From the NCBI GenBank assembly GCA_039818205.1, contig JBCBUK010000010.1:32001-96000 (forward strand): 64,000 nt of DNA, written 5' to 3'. The DNA comes from Verrucomicrobiota bacterium. Lineage in GTDB: Bacteria > Verrucomicrobiota > Verrucomicrobiia > Opitutales > Cerasicoccaceae. This document shows, in pieces, positions 51,901-60,127 of the stretch (within the stretch, counting starts at the first letter, position 1; the number at the start of each line of letters is the position of its first letter). A model generated the notes under the pieces. That model ran no database searches. It was not told the origin of the DNA and saw only the letters and a list, made by a program, of their open reading frames with translations. The position numbers and the translations under genes were made by a program.

Positions 51901-52215
51901 TTCGCTACTGGTAGTGAGAATGGAATTATGGTTTGGGATACAACGAGCGGAGATTTGATTCGGCGATTGGTCGATACTCAGCTTGATCCGGATGATGAAG
52001 AAGCGGTTCCGATTGTCGTAAAATGGGCGTCGGATGGTAACATCTATGCGGGAATGGCCAGTGGAAATCTGTTAGTGTTTAATGGGCACGGACTGGATTC
52101 TACTGATGAGGCAGAAAGTGTTGTTGAACGTGCTCGCGATCGTGTTGAACGGGAACTGACAGAAGAGGAGCGTTGGCTCTACAACCTTACCGAAAAACAG
52201 CCAGGTAAGTCTTGA
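45955..52215 (+). CDS. nSTAND1-type NTPase-TM-triple WD40 beta-propeller protein (2086 aa)
   Basis: NPYPGLRPF...FFGRE, Walker A GASGSGKSS, Walker B ILVDQFEE, QLPLIQHAL, ISHESLIRHW, TM FLAWIASVFAVIAIGMAIFAA, many WD-like repeats (e.g. LAWSPDGGQIVTGSIDGSLRIWD). Confidence 0.92.
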   Translation: MSGASSKSDGVQASAVIRRNPYPGLRPFQVDEWSIFFGRERMIDDVIERMGESQYVVIHGASGSGKSSLIRAGVIAQLQREHQSRGLDWRPAVMMPGSSPMWHFATALLTALSSDDHDEPWKIAQTRVRLSMGSDGVADLLQEAGFGPDQRLFILVDQFEEIFRFADEGGVEEATEFIELLVDLHRHPLSGVYLAMTMRSDHIGECSRFSGLSEVVNNCQYLVPPMEERELIEAICRPASIECGHVSEGLALRLIKDTRHTPDQLPLIQHALCYMWALEVDEAPDQNPTLNLDDYARDQIGSVTHALSNHADEALKELASDGRPTLDAAEHVFRALTQVDSSGRTIRRRLGRKKLLGEVSCSEAVLDRVIKVFAASNRTFLFQEKENPEMDPKVDISHESLIRHWEKLEDDSIDPKTGRPGGWVSREAYDGAVWHGLVATVTSAPRPSEAQLPKIVYERRQEWWHSRNPNAKWAQRHGGHFDEVKELLSRSRKKIEDDERRQRETEEAKEAARRKAKFLAWIASVFAVIAIGMAIFAAKKNFQLRESLVNAERLVVSERAALDEANRAKNAAYASKDKAIKSEEMAINALRRQWQLTLDKADAFKDDPVVRSLIALEFLPDASVEDDDRKNYPSIPRVEQELREALSAEARVAVVYEDQEFAQTIESLDFNYDGSQIAMVSDRGETVRVIDASSKDTISKIEGEFREFEQVKFGPFGSRIAVTRDLSGKWSIFDAKSGVEEQMLDFGPDIDALAWSPDGGQIVTGSIDGSLRIWDVGKDVPTLDVNVSSIPISWVEFDSTGSKIVGGLYDGELFFWDIEKSERPQIIVSGSSRLVAGALLPDGNSIVRLSDKGQVDLVDLASSEVKLVTKIDSVGRSLAVAPFGRWIAIGCSDGRVKIVDLDNTNPVETTDTLGREVDALSWSVKGNSMAAGTYDGSLAIISFYTPEEEVKGKNLESMTTQELVEFAQASLPYCFSENERKRLGLSEAVPDWCREERAYPFDASGRMARALGLLPGFPKKSHDQFNDALFLAGDGQSLDMIHAIKKGAMLRALTQLSDGAKSPSEFNSRKKRLDEFIQLATELELAPESQLKDAEVAFLVESSRNVMRHDRTNEPLSSKWLADARAIDHSGSLEARWRLTLDDARNLAIEEETDEDAEAGVDPIVEILIALEFLPAENADIDSVPEIVESLQRSLLNLRNQPSIERNIVHSFDDEIEMLDIDADGRAVVHFQDHDVLYGKSIDSGQSGEYFKLSVGNLSAIEFSPNNSRLLVSSYDGFIEVLDPNSGDRQIDPIEAHAKVVDAVWLSDTEIVYATDEAVFIRNLDDVNRVEKLEVFEEPVFLNVHPESKKLLVASSGMATVWELDGAPFYSNFSPEGYLGFLHAEWADDGNFLITVDDGDRFDIWQKPDNKRRDSGYVLREVPFEQRFWEVNAIDVSRDGRWLVIGSEDYYLDFYDLKEQRFVAEAKVDDAIVFLEWSDSGESVNCSTSDGSIIRFDFFTVGQNYQHQIEELVAGQNVASDRSGKKGPGSSLVDLARNVVPYCFGEWDRESLLLDEEIPDWCITWKKPPFDFRGRVDRASELMNGGESEVADAFRIFKELEMSHPESFEAIQKERLASVQSRLSQLSGDADSYIRFQEKLSKLEGFTEQVNAVHPEMELDFDYYRFELAEGAAKQLLEYDQIEGARQAFAIALGYRPELKDRIVLSHAEAALSRGELGVALLLALEVADSNPDAKEFLARYLSLDGPTQRWPISESPIIGISVDPENGAYLASGGSEVYRWNPESEDSELLLGDVSDAGRIALSPDGSRFIVGSSLLLPRIWDFPSGDTSAVLETNAGDSIGAAWSSNGELIALSDGFDGGTYIFNSESGIAEATLKGANTSDYGVCFSPVDEKLVLTGGSGLLQIWDISSASPIFTLEVDENIEIYDVDWSVDGDRIVYCGENGTAGLLIRDENGNWKNTHEFDHNSEVVFSVAFDSTGELFATGSENGIMVWDTTSGDLIRRLVDTQLDPDDEEAVPIVVKWASDGNIYAGMASGNLLVFNGHGLDSTDEAESVVERARDRVERELTEEERWLYNLTEKQPGKS

Positions 52216-52257
52216 AGACTTTTAGCCTGGCTGTCTAAAGGGATCTGATCGGGCTGG

Positions 52258-53658
52258 TTACCCGAAAGTCGTGATCTTTTGCGATGAACGAAGATTTCCA
52301 GTGCCAACCTTCTGTTCCTTTTTGAGCTCCCGTCCGGTTGTGGTTAGAATATTGCGCATCTGGTCGGGGTCGACTGGCTTTGAGATGTAATAATTCATAC
52401 CGGCTTTGATGAAGCGCTCGCGGTCACCAGCGTTGGCAAAAGCGGTTGTGGCGACAATGGGAATGCTTTTGTTCTCATCACCACAAGCACCCTTTCGGAT
52501 CGCCGCGGTTGCTTCCAACCCGTCGACGTTCGGCATCATGATGTCCATGAAGATGAGATTGTAATTGTCTTTCTTGAGCTGCTCTTGCGCCTTTAGACCG
52601 TCGGTAGCGAAATCGGCGCGATGGCCCATCTTCTCCAGCATAGCCTTCATGGTCAGGCAGTTGAGAGCGTTGTCGTCGACGACCAAGACATTGAGCTCGA
52701 AAATATTTTGCGAAAGCGAAGTCTTGAGTAGCGAAGCGGCACTCAGGTTCTGGCCAACCTTGTTTTTCGAAGTGACGAACGCTTCGGCCACAAACTGAAT
52801 GTTGAATCGCGATCCGCCGACCTCACTCGGTTCATAGTGGATGCTTCCGCCAAGGCCAGATTCAACCATAAACTTGGAGATCGATAGGCCAAGACCAGTG
52901 CCTTCGTATTTGCGGGTCTTCGATTCGACCAGTTGATGAAATGGTTTGAAGAGTTGATCCGCCTTCTCTGGGTCAATCCCAATCCCTGTATCGGCAACTT
53001 GGAGGGCGATCTCAAACATCTGTTTTGAGCCCTTGTTGGAATGGTGTTGGAAAAACACCTCCATCTGGATGTGGCCTTTGTCGGTGTATTTGATCGCGTT
53101 GGAAACCAGATTCAAGAGTGCTTGGCGCAGACAGTTACGGTCACAGAAAACCTGGAGCTCCTTATCGGAATCCTGGTTAAACTCGAAAATGATGTCTTTG
53201 CGGGAGGCTTCTTCTTTGAACAACGAATGAATTTCTTCCGTTACCTCAGACAGGCTAAACCGCATTGGGTTGATCTCGAATTGGCCCGCATTGATCTTGG
53301 TATAGTCGAGAACGTTGGTCAAAATGGTCAACAAGGCTTCGGTGCTCTTGCTGATCGTCTTGAGGTACTCTTCTTGGTCGGGGCGAGGATCGGATGAAAG
53401 CAGAACTTCGGACAAGCCATTCAGACAGTTCAGGGGCGTCCGGATTTCATGACTCATGGTCGCCAAAAAGAGCTCCTTGGTTTGAGCGGTTTCTTCGGCG
53501 GATACCGCTTTGTCGCGGGCGTCGTCAATTTGTTCGTTCAACCGTTCATTCTTGTACCGTAAATCCGATTTGCCGCGGTTGCCCGCGCGGAATGCTAACA
53601 GTGTTAGGATGAGACCGGCGATGACGAAGACGACTTCCTTACTATTGAGGAATTCCAT
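52258..53658 (-). CDS. hybrid sensor histidine kinase (TM-HisKA-HATPase-REC)
   Basis: FLATMSHEIRTPL, NLVSNAIKYT, DTGIG, GTGLGLSI, REC VLVVDD..MDIMMP..KP. Confidence 0.93.
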   Translation of the reverse strand: MEFLNSKEVVFVIAGLILTLLAFRAGNRGKSDLRYKNERLNEQIDDARDKAVSAEETAQTKELFLATMSHEIRTPLNCLNGLSEVLLSSDPRPDQEEYLKTISKSTEALLTILTNVLDYTKINAGQFEINPMRFSLSEVTEEIHSLFKEEASRKDIIFEFNQDSDKELQVFCDRNCLRQALLNLVSNAIKYTDKGHIQMEVFFQHHSNKGSKQMFEIALQVADTGIGIDPEKADQLFKPFHQLVESKTRKYEGTGLGLSISKFMVESGLGGSIHYEPSEVGGSRFNIQFVAEAFVTSKNKVGQNLSAASLLKTSLSQNIFELNVLVVDDNALNCLTMKAMLEKMGHRADFATDGLKAQEQLKKDNYNLIFMDIMMPNVDGLEATAAIRKGACGDENKSIPIVATTAFANAGDRERFIKAGMNYYISKPVDPDQMRNILTTTGRELKKEQKVGTGNLRSSQKITTFG

Positions 53659-53944
53659 ACCTAATTATTTGGGGGTTATTCTTCGATTTCCAGGAAATTT
53701 TATAGAAATTTTATAAGTGACTTGCCCTAGCTTATCGGAGCTGATTAAACTAAGTTAAGTTCGAATTGATTAAAGTTTATCGTCTCCACCTAGTCTGCTG
53801 GGGGTTAGGGCCTATTTCTTCATGGATTTGCCCTGAATTCTGGCATCCATCTATCCGTTTCAAGCCGGCTTAACGTTGTTTAGCGAGCTTTAGAGATTGC
53901 GGAGGCAGCGGGAATAGATTGTGATTTGGTAGCTCTTTTCCACT

Positions 53945-54718
53945 ATGAATATACCAAGCTACTCTTTGGCCGTTCTCGGCCTGTTCTTTTGGGCGCTCGT
54001 TGGTGCTGCCCAGGACAAACCCGCTGAAAATGCAGCACCAAAAGATCCGTATGCAATCGGATTGATTCAACGTGCTGCTTCGTATCTTGCTGGGCAAGAA
54101 CACTTTAGTGTCCAATCTGAGATTTGGGACGATATGTTCGTCGAAGGGAGTCTCTTACAGTTTGACCGCACGGTAGAAGTGGTGGTGCGTCGTCCGGACC
54201 GCATCCGCATGGATATTTCAACGACGATTCCGACCCGGAGCATCTTTTACGATGGGGACACGGTTACCATGGTCGACCAGCGCACCAACCAATATGGGGT
54301 CACGAAGGGCGCAGGAAGCATCGACGAAACGATCACGATGATTGACTCAAAGTATGACGTCGAGTTTCCCATGGAGGATTTGTTGTTCAGCAAGCCGTTT
54401 GGAAATGCTGCCGAGACGGCACTTGGGGCTCAATATCTGGGTAAAACCGTGATTCTTGGCGTCGAGTGCGACCACGTGGCGTTTCAGCACCAAGTTCTCG
54501 ACTGGCAGGCTTGGATTGCCACGGGCCCGGTTCCCACACTGCGGAAAGTGGTAATTGATTACAAGCGGCCAACCAACAACCCACGCACGACGGCTATTTT
54601 TTCCGACTGGGATTTTACGACGCCCATGCCGGATTTCGTTTTTGAATTCACTCCAATGGCCTACCAGGACGAGATCGAGGTGTTGCCTCAAACCTCTCCG
54701 ATGGCTCCAAGGAAATAA
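53945..54718 (+). CDS. DUF2092-like exported (LolA-like) protein
   Basis: Signal peptide, VRRPDRIR, YDG.TVT, CDHVAF...DWQAWI..GP.P. Confidence 0.8.
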   Translation: MNIPSYSLAVLGLFFWALVGAAQDKPAENAAPKDPYAIGLIQRAASYLAGQEHFSVQSEIWDDMFVEGSLLQFDRTVEVVVRRPDRIRMDISTTIPTRSIFYDGDTVTMVDQRTNQYGVTKGAGSIDETITMIDSKYDVEFPMEDLLFSKPFGNAAETALGAQYLGKTVILGVECDHVAFQHQVLDWQAWIATGPVPTLRKVVIDYKRPTNNPRTTAIFSDWDFTTPMPDFVFEFTPMAYQDEIEVLPQTSPMAPRK

Positions 54719-54748
54719 AACCGACCGCTAACCCTCTATTATTAAGTC

Positions 54749-55468
54749 ATGAATATGTCTCTATTTAAGATCACGATATTGGCTGCGATGGTGGCCTTGG
54801 TTCCTGTTGCCGAAATGCAAGCCCGGGGGGTTGGCCGAAGTGTCGGTGGCCTCGGCGGCGGCGGCGGCGGTGGTGGTGGATTTGGCGGTGGCGGTGGTCT
54901 CCGCGGTGGCGGAGGAGGCGGAGGCGCCTTTGAACGAAGCGGTGGCGGCATCGGCGGTGGCGGAGAGGCCAATCGCGATTTCAACCGCAATAACAACAAC
55001 AACAACGCCAACATCAACCGCAACAACATTAACACGAACGTTAATCGCAACAATGCGAACATTAACGTGAACGGTGGCGACACCCGGGTCAACGTGAACA
55101 AGAACGTGGACGTCAACGTAAACGGTCGTTACTATCACAACGGCTGGCACGATGACAATTGGGGCGCGTTTGCGGCCGGTGCGGTAACGGGTTTGGCTAT
55201 TGGTGCCATCGTTTCGCGACCTCCGGCTGGATACGTACCGGTTTATGTCGGGCCGACTCCATACTACTATTACGGTGGCGTTTACTATCAGTCGGGATCG
55301 AGTGGCTATGTCGTTGTTGCGCCTCCGGTAGGTGTGATTGTTCCGACTCTCCCTCCGGGTTCCACGACCACCAACGTCAACGGTGTGACTTATTTCGTTT
55401 TCAACAACACGTATTATCTGCCGGTTATGGTGAATGGCGTGACTCAGTACAAGGTCGTGACCGTTTAG
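54749..55468 (+). CDS. exported Gly/Asn-rich low-complexity protein (DUF6515-like C-terminus)
   Basis: Signal peptide, poly-Gly, Asn-rich NVN repeats, YYYYGGVYY...YVVVAPPVG. Confidence 0.8.
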   Translation: MNMSLFKITILAAMVALVPVAEMQARGVGRSVGGLGGGGGGGGGFGGGGGLRGGGGGGGAFERSGGGIGGGGEANRDFNRNNNNNNANINRNNINTNVNRNNANINVNGGDTRVNVNKNVDVNVNGRYYHNGWHDDNWGAFAAGAVTGLAIGAIVSRPPAGYVPVYVGPTPYYYYGGVYYQSGSSGYVVVAPPVGVIVPTLPPGSTTTNVNGVTYFVFNNTYYLPVMVNGVTQYKVVTV

Positions 55469-55522
55469 CCATCAGAATACGTTGATCAATTGGTCACTGC
55501 GCTTAGACGCCGCCGAAACGAA

Positions 55523-56413
55523 CTACGGGACGAAGTTGAACGTCTTCGTGCAATCGAGGAAGGCCAGCTGAGTCGTCGATGGAATGTGGCGGTTCATCCA
55601 GACCAAACGTACTTCTCGAATGTAGGGGTCGGGGGAGACCGAATGGAACTTCACCCGACGACCCGAGTGGCGGGAGACCGCCATTTTGGGGGTGAAAGTA
55701 AAGCCAAGTCCGAGCTCAACAAGGCCGATCAGCGTATCGATCTGCGTACTTTTGAAGCTGATCTCGGGAGCCAGGTTAGACGATCGACAGAAGACTTTGC
55801 TTTGTTCGGATAGGCAATGGGCTTCTTTCAAGAGCAACAGCTTCTCGTTCTTTAGCTCGTTCACGCTAAACTTTGACTCCTTGTTCAATGGATGATCCAG
55901 GGGCAATGTTAGCAGTAACTCGTCTTCGCTCAGGGTAATGTAATCGACATCCTGATCGATCTTCGTCGGTGGACTGATCAACGCGAAATCGATGTCTCCC
56001 TGGCGCAGCTTACTGATCAAAACATCCGTGGTATCCTCCACCAACTCGTATTGGATATCGGGGAAGCTGCTGCGCACATGCTGGATCATGTGGGGCATCA
56101 GATAGGGTGCGATTGTCGGTATGCCGCCGATTTTGACGCGTCCTGTAACGCGTTGGCTGGACTCGTCGATGAAGCTGCGGGCAGAGTCTACGGAGTCGAT
56201 GATGCTCCGTGCATAAGGCAGAAAACGGCCTCCAAGTTCCGACAGGCGAGTGCCGTCCCGTGATCTAAGGATCAGCTGCCCGCCGACTTCGTCTTCGAGC
56301 TTTTTTATCTGCTGGCTCAGCGATGGCTGGGAAATGTGGCAGACCTGGGCGGCTTTGGAGAAGCTCGACCAGCGAGCGACTTCAAGGAAATACTTTACAC
56401 GATGGATCTCCAT
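55523..56413 (-). CDS. oxyR: OxyR-type LysR regulator
   Basis: LysR HTH (FSKAAQVCHISQPSLSQQIKKLE), IPTIAPYL, redox pair HCLSEQSKVFC (C-X8-C); divergent from katG. Likely start is ATG 56413. Confidence 0.88.
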   Translation of the reverse strand: MEIHRVKYFLEVARWSSFSKAAQVCHISQPSLSQQIKKLEDEVGGQLILRSRDGTRLSELGGRFLPYARSIIDSVDSARSFIDESSQRVTGRVKIGGIPTIAPYLMPHMIQHVRSSFPDIQYELVEDTTDVLISKLRQGDIDFALISPPTKIDQDVDYITLSEDELLLTLPLDHPLNKESKFSVNELKNEKLLLLKEAHCLSEQSKVFCRSSNLAPEISFKSTQIDTLIGLVELGLGFTFTPKMAVSRHSGRRVKFHSVSPDPYIREVRLVWMNRHIPSTTQLAFLDCTKTFNFVP

Positions 56414-56416
56414 TGG

Positions 56417-56466
56417 CCATAGGCTATGCCAATACCACACATATTTCAAATATATTATGCCTATGG
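56417..56466. promoter_or_regulatory. OxyR-box-like site
   Basis: ATAG-N7-CAAT-N7-ATAT-N7-ATAT (56419-56455) versus consensus ATAG-N7-CTAT-N7-ATAG-N7-CTAT; also a CCATAGGC/GCCTATGG inverted repeat. Confidence 0.7.
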
Positions 56467-56490
56467 GTAGGTTAATGATATCTTGTGGTC

Positions 56491-56988
56491 ATGGAAACCG
56501 AGAACCCCGCTAACCAAGCTGACGAGCAAAGCACTCAACAGCAACCGCTGGACCTTGCAAGGGCCGGCCAGACCGAGGCACTTCACGCCTTGCTCGAGAA
56601 AGGATTCAACCCAAACTTCCGCGACGAGAAGGGCCAGAGCCTTCTGATGTTGGCCTCCTACAACGGCCACTATGAAACCACAAAGCTCCTCCTCGAGTAC
56701 GGGAGCATTGTTGATCTCCGCAACTTGCGGGGGCAAACCTCGTTGGGCGGCGCCGCTTTCAAGGGGTATCTTGATGTGGTCCAGTTATTGGTCGAGCACG
56801 GTGCCGATGTGAATGGGGACAATGGCTACGGCCTCACTCCGCTAGCATTGGCCAAGATGTTCGCCCAAGAGTCGGTCGAAGCTTACCTGCTCTCAAAAGG
56901 AGGGCGGCAATCCGTAGGCACTGCAATGGCGTCAATCCCTGGCCAGGTCTTGAAGACGATTCGCAACGCACGCGTTCGTCAGGCTTGA
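56491..56988 (+). CDS. ankyrin-repeat protein (catalase-associated type)
   Basis: GQSLLMLASYNGH, GQTSLGGAAFKG, GLTPLALAKMF. Confidence 0.9.
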   Translation: METENPANQADEQSTQQQPLDLARAGQTEALHALLEKGFNPNFRDEKGQSLLMLASYNGHYETTKLLLEYGSIVDLRNLRGQTSLGGAAFKGYLDVVQLLVEHGADVNGDNGYGLTPLALAKMFAQESVEAYLLSKGGRQSVGTAMASIPGQVLKTIRNARVRQA

Positions 56989-57021
56989 GACTCTTTTCCC
57001 CGTATTCCTTTAATCCAATAA

Positions 57022-59262
<2,241 letters not shown>

Positions 59263-59308
59263 TTATTTGATCGTCGGCTGAAGTCGACAATTTGTAGTGA
59301 GCAAGTTT

Positions 59309-59344
59309 CACCACGGTCTCATCAAGGCCGTGGTGTTTACTTTT
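59309..59344 (+). terminator. intrinsic terminator after katG
   Basis: CACCACGG/CCGTGGTG stem followed by TTTACTTTT. Confidence 0.7.
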
Positions 59345-59569
59345 ATGATTTCGGAAAACTGCGGGTCAGTATTCTAGCTGAACCCACCGGTTCTTCTGCC
59401 GAAAGACTCTTGTCAGACTGTTTCCTAGTTACCTATTAAACAACTTTTTAGCTGAACTCGGGAGAATACTATGAAACAGCTGTCAAAGATCCATGAATCG
59501 GGATGAATGACTAGCATGAGATGAAACAACGGGGTATATAGGTGTCAGATAACTGGCATACATCGAACC

Positions 59570-60073
59570 ATGAGACAACGTTCGCTCATCTTATTCACGA
59601 CCACACTATTAGTCCTTGCTGTAATTAGCTTGCGCGTGGAGTGGTCGGCGTTTGATGCCCAGCTTGTACCCAAAGAAAACAACGAACCCAAGACTCAACA
59701 TGATCATACGCCCCCGTCTGAAGAAGTTTCCGATAACATTTCGCCCGAGCTCGTTCTGCCCGAGTCCAGTGCGCGCGAGCAGCTGGCAGCCGACTCCTCG
59801 GATCAGTTGCGAACCATTGACCCCACGGACCCCTCCTTGCCCAAGGAACTAAGGGAAGCGCTCGCTCGAATGAATTGGTCCCATGAGGGCTTGGAGCTGG
59901 TCGAACATTCCGATGGTCGGCTTTCCGTGGATACCTCTCAGCACTTTCAGCACATGGCAGTTATCAAGACAAATGCCAGAGGCGAAACGATTGTCGTTTG
60001 TGCGGCTCATCCCGGCGAAGTGCTTGCCGGGCCCTATTCATCCGTACATTCGGAAGACTACGCCGAACGGTAG
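59570..60073 (+). CDS. exported protein with a post-PEP-CTERM-1-like domain
   Basis: Signal/anchor helix; SHEGLELVEHSDGRLSVDTSQHFQHMAVIKTNARGETIVVC. Confidence 0.65.
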   Translation: MRQRSLILFTTTLLVLAVISLRVEWSAFDAQLVPKENNEPKTQHDHTPPSEEVSDNISPELVLPESSAREQLAADSSDQLRTIDPTDPSLPKELREALARMNWSHEGLELVEHSDGRLSVDTSQHFQHMAVIKTNARGETIVVCAAHPGEVLAGPYSSVHSEDYAER

Positions 60074-60127
60074 TTAAGGTGAGTCGCAGCGAAGTTACTC
60101 GAGTTTGTTTATCGCGCCAATCATCTC

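Noticed and set aside
54853..55010. (GGC)n and (AAC)n tracts as phase-variation repeats
   Set aside because: Trinucleotide and in frame; explained by poly-Gly and poly-Asn coding.
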